A stretch of 64,000 nucleotides of DNA, taken from NCBI GenBank assembly GCA_030141605.1, contig JAQGDQ010000787.1, positions 1 through 64,000 of the forward strand. Reading direction: 5' to 3'. The position numbers were made by a program, and so were the translations under genes. Below the pieces are notes generated by a model. The model was not told the origin of the DNA, ran no database searches, and saw only the letters and a program-made list of their open reading frames with translations. This document shows positions 1 through 25,879 of the stretch, in pieces; within the stretch, counting starts at the first letter, position 1; the number at the start of each line of letters is the position of its first letter. Source of the DNA: Tubiluchus corallicola (Eukaryota > Animalia > Priapulida).

Positions 1-14
1 ATTAAAAAGGCCCT

Positions 15-15
15 A

Positions 16-48
<33 letters not shown>

Positions 49-65
49 CTCTCTCTCTGCCTCTC

Positions 66-127
<62 letters not shown>

Positions 128-151
128 CCTCTCTCTGTCTCTCTCTCTCCC

Positions 152-184
<33 letters not shown>

Positions 185-187
185 GCC

Positions 188-232
<45 letters not shown>
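15..232. repeat. (CT)n microsatellite
   Basis: Direct inspection. Confidence 0.97.
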
Positions 233-234
<2 letters not shown>

Positions 235-603
235 TTCTTTCTTTCCTCATGCACATAAAAAAAGGATATGTCACAGGGTGCACATAAATCTTAAAACCAT
301 AAAAATATTTGAACCGTAAAAGTACATCAACACAAATAACAAAATGAGGATTTGTACTCTCATTTAGTTTTACGGTTCAAAAATTGTTTTTGTGTCCAGT
401 TCAGTTTGTCCTTTTTGCACTTTAATTGTAATTTTATTACGGCAAATTAGTTGTTACGCTGTTATAAGAATTTGCCGTTGTTGGTTTTCCTGTATGTGCC
501 ATGAAGTTTTTCAAAATTTCGTTCACTGGTCAGCGGTCAGTACGTACTGTCCGCATGTATCATCTGTACACAAGCAGCAAAAAGTAACGATAGTCTCTCA
601 TAG

Positions 604-5056
<4,453 letters not shown>

Positions 5057-7879
5057 TCCCCCTTCAATAAACAGCGAGTTATTGACAGATACCCTTTCTA
5101 CTAATGTAGGCCTATTTATTTTTGTGCACATGGAACAAGGAAGAAAAATTAAAAATAATAATGACAATTGTAAAAGTAAAGTGCGACTGTAACCTTCTTA
5201 TGGATTTTTCTTATTTTGGTAACTTAAACACGTGACCCCAATTAACGGTGGTTGGAAGGAACTGTGGAGCTCATTAAATTTTTAATTAACGAATATAATT
5301 TAAATTTAATACAACTATTTAAAGTTGATAATTTTTAGCACTAGCACTAGCAAATGTGAATAAAACCTATTAAGATTAGTTAACCAATCATAAGGCATGT
5401 ACTACTGGTAGTTGTATAATACTGAAAGTGATATTGGTTTGCATGTACACCATATTACTTGAAATTGCCAATCAATAATTTAAAAAAATTCATTTACTTG
5501 CATCATATTGTAATCTACTCTAACACAGAATAAAACCCTTAGATGTAGAACATGTTCCTGGCGTTCTTGAATTAGACTTGCATCTACTGCACGTGAAAAT
5601 TATACTATTTTTCCAGGTATATTTTTACAGGCTAGCATAAATTCATATTTTCCAATAGTAAAAGCCTGCAAACAGTTTATTTGTCAACATACACGTGTCT
5701 ATTATATATATAATTTGACGTTAGTGCACTTTGAAGGGATTGTACACGCTTATCGGTCCGCAAAACAGCTCAATCATTTAGTTAGATGAGAAATAGGAGT
5801 TGGCCAAGAACTGAACCTTGATGCACAACTGCATGCCACGGCTAATTGCTGTTAAATGAAAATTTGTTGATAGGATATGAATCAGTCGTTTTATACTGAC
5901 ATGTTTGACCCCTAATGTTATGTAGCGTTGGACAGTGTCAAATGTTTATGCCTAATAAAATGCTGTACATTTTTAATTTGTTGTCCTGCAGTAACAGATT
6001 ATTTCAAATAACTTGTGTTCTGCAATTATCAGCACCGTGAAATAAAATTTACAAGGTTTCATTTATGCAGTAAGCGAAATCCCAGTTTATTTCAGCATTC
6101 ATCAATCCAACTTACAATCCAACTACTAATGTCAACAGCCCACTAATGTCAATAATGTGAGTGCACTTCACTTTCCACGTAGTGGCCCAGGCAGTAATCC
6201 ATTGAAAAGAAATCGAAAAACGTTTTTACCAGTAAAATTGTAGTGATGCAGATGTGTTATACGTATTGTACCTATACACTAATTACAATACCTAGTGAAC
6301 ATATATCTGTCTTTAAATAAATGGCATAGCCTCTCTCTGTTTGAGGAAAATTATCTGTGGTTAACGAGCAAATGACATTGGGCTAAAATACCTAGTTGAT
6401 TTTATAAGTATTTTGTCCTCGTCTATTTAATTGAAAGCAGCAAATTCAACAATGTGAAAAAACAACTGGTAGAAAAATCATCATAGATAATTACACGAGC
6501 CCATAGCGATACGTAATGCCAACGTCTGAACAGTAAGGCAACCAATACTTGTTGTACTAATGAAATTGTGTACAGTGATTTAAACGATAGCCATCAGCCA
6601 AATCTAATATCCATTAGCATACAGTAAATCAATAATCTAGTCAATGTTATTATAATTGTGAGCAAGTAAATAAAATCAGTTGACATGACACTATCGGAAG
6701 CCTTGTATGAAAACAGAATAATTCCAGCATACAAATAAAATTTTTTTCTGTGTCCATACATAGCATACATATTTTGCTGTGGGCAGTGAATTTGTGTAAC
6801 TGCATTTTGTATCACCATAGAGGAAGATTGTTTTCCCTTCCTTGTTATTCCTTTCTTTGTGAGATGTGTTATTACATATTCTTTTCTCACAAGAGTAAGC
6901 AATGCTACGCAGTACCAAAAAGCATAAAAAAAGAATTATCTTTGTTAGGCCTACATACGCTTATTATGATGCCCTGTATGGTAATGATTACAATTAACAT
7001 TCTCCGTCTATCATTCCATGGTGGACAGTCAGAAGAAAACTTGGTCGCCGCACGGTAAGTGAACTTAAACAACCCGAGCTTTTCAGTAACTGGATGGGAG
7101 ACTAATGGGGATTTCTCTACTCTCCCCCCACTTACATCGTTTGGGGGAGATTGTATGCAAATCTTGATTTAGCCTCTTGTCATAGAAGACTTGTACAAGA
7201 TGATGAGCAAGATTCGAATCCTGATAGAATCATCTAGGTTCGTGCTTTGTATTGAGTCCAGGACCACCTAACTGCAGTAAGCAAGTGTAAAAAGCAGTTA
7301 TACTCTTCAAAGACTTGCAAAATTTAAAACAAACCAGCTTAAATCATTCAAACTGCAAAAACGCAAAGCAAAGCATTTCTAAATACCAACTCAGCAATGT
7401 TTCCCATTCATTAATCTGGTATTTTAAAAACTTTCGCAACTTTGTTCAGCCAAATGTATGAATAGGATGTGGATATTAATTGCGTTTGTTCCGTATGATT
7501 CACCTGTATGTTGTAAAAGAATGTACTGCAGGTTTATTAATATTAATGTACTGCATATTTAACAGTGGCGTAAACTACAGTTTTAAATTTTTAACTGTTG
7601 AAAGTGTTAATTCTGCAAGATCTGTTACTGTTTATTAGTATTCTTACTACGTGTTCTTAATTCAAGGCGAATTTGTCAATCTTCATACACGCACAATTAT
7701 ATTAATTTTTGTTTAAAAAATCAAATTAAGGAAATTTTATGCTGAAAAGGCGGTTGTATTTGATTGTTTATTTATATAACTTGGTATTAAAATGACATTA
7801 AACGTTTTTGGGAAAGCAAACCAATTTAATGTGCATAATAAATACATTTAAACTGCGTCAGAGCAGACCTTATGTATGT

Positions 7880-7950
7880 ATATATATAAGGTTAAGCTAT
7901 CACAGTTTATATATCACCGTGGCACAGTTTCCACAAAGCAGAAAGTAAGT
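7880..7950 (+). promoter_or_regulatory. Putative TATA box and non-coding first exon of gene B
   Basis: TATATAAG at ~7883-7890 and a GTAAGT donor at 7945; the ATG exon has its own acceptor (ttttttgcag, 8822). Confidence 0.45.
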
Positions 7951-8843
7951 TTTTAAAACAGTTTTTTAAATAATTTAAGTTTCTACTTGTTCAAATGATG
8001 AAACAATTTTTCATAATACTTACTTAAGTTAATAAAGCAAAGTTACTAAACGGAATCATGGATGTTGTGATAAAAGAGTTGTAATAAAAGAGATGTAGTA
8101 GAAATAACGAAATACACTACACCATTATGCGTGTGCCGAACTACTTTATTTACAATGCGGTCTCACGCATTAATACATAACAATGGGTTACGAAATATCC
8201 GTTCGTCAGCAAATAAAATCCTAACTCCTTTAGCAGAACATTTATGATTCTGTTTATTCACTTTGCTTAAATTGCTTTATTAACTTTATGAACTCAATTA
8301 TCATAACACTCACGCTTCCGTCTATAATTTTGTTAAAACATCTGTTTAGAACTGTCCGATTTCTCTTGCTCATGGAACTACTAACTTCGCTTACTGTTTT
8401 GTTTACTGTTTTCTTAAACCAAAAACTTGGGGGGGGGGGGGGGTTGTATTTGTCACGACCTCTCCCATTAGGAATTTGTTGGTATACTTTGAAAAAGCAA
8501 CCGAACATCTGTGTTTCAAAACAGTGAAATAATGCTACACACAGTATCTCTAAATTACACGTAGGAGTTTATTTATTTATTTATTGTGATCATTACGCAT
8601 CTAGCACATCATTTTGTTCAACTTTTTCCAACTTGTTCCTTGTATGTAGGCAGATTCGTTTACTAGTGTTACTAATTTCATCTAAACATTGAGATCTATC
8701 AATGGAGAGGATTTGTGTTTAGTTGTCCACTTTTGAGTGTCCTCTGTAACGTAGTTGTACATGCTTAGGATAGCGTCACGTTTGAAGCTAGCGGGAAATT
8801 CATTTCTAATTATTTTTTGCAGTTATAGAAGAGCAAAGTTACA

Positions 8844-17083
<8,240 letters not shown>

Positions 17084-18742
17084 TCCCCCTTCAATAAATA
17101 GCGAGTTATTGACAGATACCCTTTCTACTAATGTAGGCCTATTTATTTTTGTGCACATAGAACAAGAAAGAAAAATTAAAAATAATAATGACAATTGTAA
17201 AATCAAAGTACAACTGTAATCTTCTTATGGATTTTTCTTATTTTGGTAACTTGAACACGTGACACGAGCTAACGGTGGTTGGAAGGAACTGTGGAGCTCA
17301 TTAAATTTTTAATTAACGAATATAATTTAAATTTAATACCACTATTTAAAGTTAATAATTTTTAGCACTAGCACTAACAAATGTGTATAATACCTATTAA
17401 GATTAGTTAACTAATCATAAGGCATGTACTACTGGTAGTTGTATAATACTGAAAGTGATATTGGTTTACATGTACACCATATTACTTGAAATTGCCAATC
17501 AATAAATTAAAAAAATTCATTTACTTGCATCATATTGTAATCTACTCTAACAAAGAATAAAACCCTTAGATGTAGAACATGTTCCTGGCGTTCTTGAGTT
17601 AGATTTGTATCAACTGCACGTGAAAATTATACTATTTTTCCAGGTATATTTTACAGGTTAGCATAAATTTATATTTTCCAAAAGTAGAAGCCTGCTGACA
17701 GTTTATTTGTCAACATACACCTGTCTATTATATATATAATTTGACGTTAGTGCACTTTGAAGGAATTGTACAGGCTTACCGGTCCGCAAAAGGCAAAACA
17801 GCTGAATCATTTATTTAGATGAGAAATAGGAGTTGGCCAAGAACTGAACCTTGATGCACAACTGCATGCCACGGCTAATTGCAGAAAATAAGCGGAAAAT
17901 TTGTTGCTTAAGTGTCATCAGTGGTATTTTGACAGTGACGTAATACAATGCATAGTTTAACCTACACCAATTTCATATGAAACAAAACAGATTTTCTAAA
18001 TTTGAAATATAATTTTATTATTTTCGAATCACAGCAATCTGCCAACAGGTATAAAATTTTGGGAATAAATTTAATGAGAGATCATTAAGCGTACAATAAA
18101 TCAGTTCATAATCGTTATTTGAAATAAATTGTCTGAGAAACTGGAACTTGCAATAACGTTAATAATGGCTGCACAAGCAGCAGCTTTTTATTTAAAATTT
18201 TATCACACTCATAGGAAGACATTAAAAAATGACAATCATGCTAAATCATAGGCAGGTGTCTAACAAAAACTATCAAGTATACTTTTGTGTAATTTTACCA
18301 AACCACAGTCCTCGTAACTGCAGTCTTCATAAGCAGATGATGTGCACATTAGCTTTTTGCCGTACCGAGCAGTTTAAAACTAGTTTAGTAACATATGCAC
18401 TTTTTAATTATACCAATATAAGCTTGTTACCACAGTATAAATAGTGACACCGAGATTTTAATAAATTTTAATAAGGTTAATGTTAAAGAAAATTGTTGTC
18501 TTTTTAATGTAATGTAATTTAGCATTTTAATAAGTTTATTGTTATTATTACTATTATTGTTATTATCATTATCATTACAATTACTATTACCGATATCATT
18601 ATTATAATAAGATAAAAATATCAAGAACAATGATTCATGTATCAAATCACAGTAGGTTAATTTCAAATCATCAAATCAATTCTTCTATTTAAAATATTCC
18701 ACCAGATATGACAATTATTTTACTAGTTGATCATCAAGTCTT

Positions 18743-20235
18743 CTAACATCGTGCACAATAGCAATCATATCTGCAGTCACAAAATCCAGTAAAGTAACCT
18801 CTGCGTCTACATTCAGAGTGGCAGCGTGGGGTGTGTCCAACTAAATCAAATAAAAAAATCAAGTTATCATTTAATAATGTTAATAATCGTTTTTTTCCAA
18901 ACACAGTTACCAAAATTCAATTCAACACGTTAAACTTTGGTAACGTTTCAAATCTGAATGAACACAATATGTGTAACGTCCTGACAACATTTGTAACTTT
19001 GTTAGAAACTTTATAGAACATTTAACATAAATCTTTCTTGCTTATTAATCTGTTTATTCACAAAGACTGCTGCCATGATAAGTCTAGAGGATGTAACACC
19101 TCGTGGTTTTGCCCGCTAGAAAACAGTGAGGGGGAACTTTATTGAGCACAAACATTAAAATATAAACCATAGATAAGAACACGTCACAATATGCATGGAT
19201 AAGCATCAATCAACTTGTTAATGTTGTCAAAACAAATCGGTTTTATGATTTTATATTCATAAAAAGTATAATTGTTAACTTCTTGAAGCTTTAAAAGGCT
19301 TTACACTGAAAGAAGTCTAATTTAATACCATCTATTTTGTGAATATCTAGTTTACTTACCTCTACAATAATAGCTGCTTCGCTCCTGGGGAGGGTCGACA
19401 TTCTCAAATGCAAATTGTTTTTCGGTCACATCTAAAAATAGAAACAACGCATGTAGAAATTGTAAAGCTTTGATCGATTGGAAGATGAACATTATCAAGT
19501 ACCTTTTGTTACTAGTTAGGCAAATTAGTTGGGTCTTTTAAATTAACTGCAAGAAATAAGAAACTACTGCAGGCTGTCTTGGCTCAAAGTGTAAGGCCTA
19601 ATGTTTCACATAGATCTCTCTGAATCATACGAAGTCTCGATTGATTTTGAAAAGCTTCAATAAATTTTAGTTTTAGTAAACCGCCTGCAGAACTTGGTGA
19701 GAGCGTGGTGAATTCTAACAATCAGTAACATTTAAGTTGAGCTAACTAAAATAAAAATGATATTTTCTGCTTTTCGTCTTTGATTGTTGGAACTTATAAA
19801 GGAAACAATCAGTTACGAAAAGCAGGAACAATCATTTTTATTTTAGTGAGCTCAACTTAACTGTTACTGATTGTTAGAATTCACCACGCTCTCACCAAAT
19901 TCTGCAGGCGGTTTACTAAAACTAAAATTTAGTGCAGTTTTTGATAATCAGAAGAACACAGGCTTATAGGTAACGTTTTAGTTTAGTTGTAAATAATAAC
20001 AAACACACCAGGGTTCTGTGAGAACGTTTTGGTTAAAATAAAATCACTCCATTGGCATATTAAGAGAGTACTTTATCTGGGATGTTAGGCCTTACGTGAT
20101 GAGCTGAGAGTCTGCATTTTTGAAACTTTAAAAATGAATTTTTTTGAACTCACCCACATCGTTCACATCTTCAGCATGGATAGCAGCAACTACAGCCATG
20201 ACAACAATCAGTGCAATGATTATGCCGGTCTTCAT
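18743..20235 (-). CDS. Gene C: 83-aa prepro-defensin-like peptide (CS-alpha-beta type, 8 Cys)
   Basis: Exons 20235-20154, 19431-19360, 18840-18743, with canonical phase-1 GT-AG introns. Protein MKTGIIIALIVVMAVVAAIHA-EDVNDVDVTEKQFAFENVDPPQER-SSYYCRVGHTPRCHSECRRRGYFTGFCDCRYDCYCARC*: signal peptide, acidic propiece, and a cationic domain with C...CxxxC...GxC...CxC. Confidence 0.9.
19661..19931. repeat. Long inverted repeat (~100-bp arms), MITE-like, in an intron of gene C
   Basis: 19661-19761 is a near-perfect reverse complement of 19832-19931. Confidence 0.85.
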
Positions 20236-20503
20236 TGTAAATCCAAATGTTGCAATAGTTCTGCAAAATATGACGAAATTTTCATTCATTTATTACACAG
20301 CCTGGTAGCCACATTTAAATTTTTACAGAATTCTGTAAATAACGGAACATAATCGTGAAAATCTGACTTCTAGTGATACAAACTACAACAATGACTGCAG
20401 CAGCCACAACTTCAGTGACAGTGACAATGACTATGACAACATTATAACAACAACAATTATAAGTACCGATGTAAATAGTTATGAAAAAACTAAATTGTTT
20501 TAC

Positions 20504-20587
20504 CTTATGCGTCCAAGTGATCTTTGTAAGCTCGTGTCTTGTTCCTAGAAACTTCTACACAACTCTGACTTTAGAAGGCTTTTTATA
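20504..20587 (-). promoter_or_regulatory. TATA box and non-coding exon 1 of gene C
   Basis: Minus-strand TATAAAAA at 20587-20580 and AAG|GTAAAA donor at 20504/20503; acceptor ttttgcag at 20261, 25 nt upstream of the ATG; AATAAA at ~18540, downstream of the stop. Confidence 0.6.
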
Positions 20588-21240
20588 TCTATAGATGACC
20601 TCTTTTTAGAAGGAAATGACACCATAAAGTTTTATAAAACAATGTCGAGTGCGAGGTTAAATATTTTGTAAACTGTTTATAAAATGTTTAAACAATTTGT
20701 TAATAAACATGAACAAGCGTAAACACTTGAAGAGTCATTGATTTTGTAAACAAAATTAGGAGCAGCAAACTTTTCAGTCCAGAACTCAATACTATGATGG
20801 TTAATATAGTTTTCACTGTGTCAAGCCCAAAACGTAAGACTATAATAATGAATTGTTTCCAATAAGCCAAACATGTCAAAACTTAGAGGAAGATTTAGAA
20901 GTTTGCCTCCATTACAAGCAGAGTGTCAGTGTTAGTCTGTGAGAAAGAGAGTGCCACTCAGTCTGTTCCTCTCCCTGCCTCAGCTCTCTTTTTATAAATA
21001 ACCACTACGCCTCATCAAACCTGAAAATACCTCAATACCCTGTCCCATTGAGGTATGCATATAAGATTGTAATTTAAAGCATATAACTGAGACATACAAA
21101 ATTGTAGGGAAAATCAATAACCCCATAATAATATTTCATATATTGATGTTTGGAATTCAGTCAAAGATGAGAAACCAATTATTATTCTATGCGTATGGAT
21201 AGATTCTTTGAATGCCACAAAATATTCTTAAATAGCATGT

Positions 21241-21249
21241 AACAACAAT

Positions 21250-21281
<32 letters not shown>

Positions 21282-21283
21282 GC

Positions 21284-21359
<76 letters not shown>

Positions 21360-21530
21360 GCAGCAGCAACAAGAACAACAACAACAACAACAAGAACAAC
21401 AAGAACAACAGCAACAACAGCAACAATAACAACAACAAGAACAGCAACAACAGCAACAATAACAACAACAAGAACAACAACAACAAGAACAACAACATTT
21501 AACAACAGCAACAATAACAACAACAACAAG

Positions 21531-21572
<42 letters not shown>

Positions 21573-21590
21573 AACAACAATAACAATATT
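21241..21590. repeat. (AAC)n microsatellite
   Basis: Direct inspection. Confidence 0.97.
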
Positions 21591-22099
21591 AATAAAAGTA
21601 ATAATAGTAATAAAAGAGCAAGAAAACGTAGTACCGTTATTCCAAAAAAACCGTCACTCAATCCCTTAATTACGATGTTTTTAATTGCTGTTTTGAATTT
21701 TTTATCGTCATAATGTACCGAATTGTAGTTTTGTCGTTTACATTTGCCTGTTGTCAGCTCTCACAATAAAATATGTTAGCAAATGTCCTCAAATCTGGTT
21801 TGTTCACTAAATTTAGTAACAAGTATAATAAGTACATTATGGATATGTGAAAAGTTCCTAGACCCACCTTTATTTTGATAATATATTTGTATTAGACATA
21901 ATTATACTTTATACACAAGGTGAATCAGTACGACCCTAACAGCTGAATGTTATCACAAATTTAGTAAACACCTGCAGCTATAAAGTGACTATTGACGTCA
22001 CAGTAAACAAACTACAGTGGTTTTGTTTATTTATTTTGATTAGTAATTTCCTGTTTGCATTTTATTTCAATTTACAAAGTGACAACAGGCTATGCAGGG

Positions 22100-22665
22100 C
22101 CATTACACTCTACGTTAAGTACCGGCAAGTAACATGGTCAACGATGGGTAGTCAAAGGACCACTGGACAATGGACCACAGGCCAAAGGACCACAGGCCAA
22201 AGGATCACAGGTCAAAGAACCACAAGACAAAGGACCACAGGTCAAAGGACCATAGGCTAAAAGTAAAAAGTTAAAGGACCACAGGTCAAAGAGCCACAGG
22301 ACAAAGGACCACAGGCCAAAGGATCACAGGCCAAAGGACCACGGAATAGGCACCGCACAGGGACTTATCTACACTAATGTAATTACACTCTACATTAAGT
22401 ACCGGCAAGTAACATGGTCAACGATGGGTAGTAAAAAAACCACCGGACAATGGACCACAGGCCAAACGACCACAGGCCAAAGGACCACAGACCAAAGGAT
22501 CACAGGTCAAAGAACCACAAGACAAAGGACCACAGGTCAAATGACCATAGGCTAAAAGTAAAAAGTTAAAGGACCACAGGTCAAAGAGCCACAGGACAAA
22601 GGACCACAGGCCAAAGGATCACAGGCCAAAGGATAACGGAATAGGCACCGCACAGGGTCTTATCT
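22100..22665. repeat. Two ~280-bp tandem units built of 15-bp AAAGGACCACAGGYC subrepeats
   Basis: Direct inspection. Confidence 0.85.
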
Positions 22666-23069
22666 AAGTTCGAAAGTTAGGGGGAGCAAGCACATAGAAA
22701 GGCACAACATTTTAACACATTTTGACTATAAATTTCAATTTTGTGTTAAAAATCAAAACAAGAGCAAGATTTAGTTTTAAAATACGTAATTGCCACTACT
22801 AAAGGCCTGCTACTAGACAAAAAATAACTTCCCAGAAAAAATGAGAGAAAAATTTATTCCCAGAAAACAATTTTTTCTACAAAATTCGTTTCACAGAAAA
22901 ACATCTCCCAGAAACATTTTTTAACGGACAAATCACGGTTAAATATTTAATTGATAAATCTGTTAATTTAGCATTCGACTTCTCTTTTTCTGTTTGCTTT
23001 TCCCTCTGTATCTCCCTCCCTTCCTAGCCTCTCTCCCTTTTCCCTTTTCACTTATTATCTGATACAGGT

Positions 23070-24225
23070 TAGGCTTGTGAAGATGAGATCACACTTGCTT
23101 GAGAAATTAAGTGAGCCTTGCGAGGGTGAGATCATTACACAAGAGAAAGAGTGAGACTTGTGAGCATGGGATTATTACACAGGAAAGTAAGTGAGGTTTG
23201 TGAGGGTGAGATCATTACACAAGAGAAAGAGTGAGACTTGTCAGCATGGGATTATTACACAAGAGAAAGAGTGAGACTTGTGAGCATGGGATTATTACAC
23301 AGGAAAGTAAGTGAGGCTTGCGAGGGTGAGATCATTACACAAGAGAAAGAGTGAGACTTGTGAGCATGGGATTATTACACAAGAGAAAGAGTGAGACTTG
23401 TGAGCATGGGATTATTAGACAAGAGAAAGAGTGAGACTTGTGAGCATGGTATTATTGCACAAGAGAAAGAGTGAGACTTGTGAGCATGGGATTATTACAC
23501 AAGAGAAAGAGTGAGACTTGTGAGCATGGGATTATTACACAAGAGAAAGAGTGAGACTTGTGAGCATGGGATTATTACACAGGAAAGTAAGTGAGGCTTG
23601 CGAGGGTGAGATCATTACACAAGAGAAAGAGTGAGACTTGTGAGCATGGGATTATTACACAAGAGAAAGAGTGAGACTTGTGAGCATGGGATTATTACAC
23701 AGGAAATTAAGTGAGCCTTGCGAGGGTGAGATCATTACACAAGAGAAAGAGTGAGACTTGTGAGCATGGGATTATTACACAAGAGAAAGAGTGAGACTTG
23801 TGAGCATGGGATTATTACACAAGAGAAAGAGTGAGACTTGTGAGCATAGGAGTATTACACAAGAGAAAGAGTGAGACTTGTGAGCATGGGATTATTACAC
23901 AAGAGAAAGAGTGAGACTTGTGAGCATGGGATTATTACACAGGAAAGTAAGTGAGGCTTGTGAAGGTGAAATCATTACACAAGAAACCAAGTGAGGTTTG
24001 TGTGGGTCAAATTATTATGCAAGAAAGTAAGTGAGACCCGTGTGGGTGAGACCATTACATGAGAAAGAGAGTGAGAGTTGTGAGGGTGAGATCATAATAC
24101 GAGAAAGTGAGTGAGCCTTGTGAGGGTGAGATTATTAGACAAGAAAGTAAGTGAGGCTTGTGAGGGTGAGATTATTACACAAGAATCTAAGTGAAGCTTG
24201 TAAGAGTGAGAAAATTATATGAGAA
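23070..24225. repeat. 40-bp minisatellite, ~28 copies, two variants
   Basis: aagagaaagagtgagacttgtgagcatgggattattacac interspersed with aggaaagtaagtgaggcttgcgagggtgagatcattacac. Confidence 0.95.
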
Positions 24226-24699
24226 ACGTGAGATGTAGACGACGGGCTGTCAGCCTCTCAGCATCTTCATGTGTGTGATTCACTTATAAAGAGGCTTTGA
24301 GTTAGCGCACCTGCGCGCTCCTTACCTGTTTAAATCAGTTCCCACCTGAGAACTCAATCAGTCATTACCTGCATGTCGTACCGAGGCATCTACACTTCTC
24401 CTTCGCCTCCTCTTCATCAGTCCAATTCTATTGATTCTGGATTAGAGGCAGACGAATCAGCAGGTGCCAAAGCTGTTCATCCCGTTGCCATAACAACCAG
24501 CATAGGTAAGTATTTTCGAGTTTTTGTAGGCATACGATACCATTGTTGCAACAGTACAGAATATATACAAATACTAATATTTTAATTATTAATAATTAAT
24601 TATAATTATAATATTGAAATGTTCTGGAACTAATTATTTAGTGTGACATCTATTATAAAATCTAAAAACAGACAACCTATTATTATGTTTTGGGTGAAT

Positions 24700-25110
24700 A
24701 CAGATTAGTGCCATTTGCAGTGACGTCAGCAGTACAGATTAGTGCCATTTGCAGTGACGTCAGCAGTACAGATTAGTTCCATTTGCAGTGACGTCAGCAG
24801 TACAGATTAGTTCCATTTGCAGTGACGTCAGCAGTACAGATTAGTGCCATTTGCAGTGACGTCAGCAGTACAGATTAGTTCCATTTGCAGTGACGTCAGC
24901 AGTACAGATTTGTGTCATTTACAGTGACGTCAGCAGTACAGATTATTGTCATTTGCAGTGACGTCAGCAACACAGATTAGTGCCTTTTGCAGTGACGTCA
25001 GCAGTACCTATTAGTGCCATTTGCAGTGACGTCAGAAGTACATATTAGTGCCATTTGCAGTGACGTCAGCAGTACATATTAGTGCCATTTGCAGTGACGT
25101 CAGCAGTACA
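24700..25110. repeat. 34-bp minisatellite, ~12 copies, each with TGACGTCA
   Basis: Unit acagattagtgccatttgcagtgacgtcagcagt. Confidence 0.95.
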
Positions 25111-25314
25111 AGTTTCCATTTTTTGCTATTCAAATTTTATCTGACATGAACTTAAATACCTAAAATGGTTCGGAAGTGGTGCTGACAAGTCAATGGCTTA
25201 GCTGTGTCTAGGTTTTTTACTGGTTTAATTGCTGTGTTTACCTGTCTTGAGAAGAAGATTTCTTTTATTTTAGAATATGTGTGCACAATGTTTACAGTAG
25301 ACATAACGTGCGTA

Positions 25315-25463
25315 TGACGATAATGATAATGATATGATGATGATGATGATGATATGATGATGATGTTGATAATGATGATGATGATATGATGATGATGTTG
25401 ATAATGATGATGATGATGTGATGATGATGATGGTATGATGATGATGATATGATGCTGATGATA

Positions 25464-25508
<45 letters not shown>

Positions 25509-25572
25509 GTCATGATGATATGATGATGATAATGATGATGATGATGATATGATGATGTTGATAATGATGATA
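25315..25572. repeat. (GAT)n microsatellite
   Basis: Direct inspection. Confidence 0.95.
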
Positions 25573-25879
25573 TTACGTTGTACTATGCTCCGTTTACATT
25601 CCTATTCAAATCTCCAAGAGAAATTAAGCGCATAAAGAAAACCAAACGATGTCTTTTCATTTGTGTGGAACTCCTCTGGTTCACTGTAGAATTGTTAAAG
25701 TATTGACAAAACACAAAGAATAGAGCAAGTCATGCGTTGCGTGCAGACAGAATGATTTCAGGTATAAGTTCTATTCAACCTGCATTTTCTTCCCAGTATT
25801 CTGACTTCCAACATTTGATCAGTTGATTCAGAATTTTCAGGTGACGGAGAAATGAACGACTCTGTTGCACGTGAGTTGT

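Noticed and set aside
7010-7270. Second degenerate 5S-like stretch (gaacttaaac...cagtaactggatgggagac) with a B-box-like motif
   Set aside because: Too diverged to define boundaries or family; probably an old SINE relic.
23070-25110. Regular 34-40-bp repeats resembling CRISPR arrays
   Set aside because: Head-to-tail units with no unique spacers, no cas genes, eukaryotic context.
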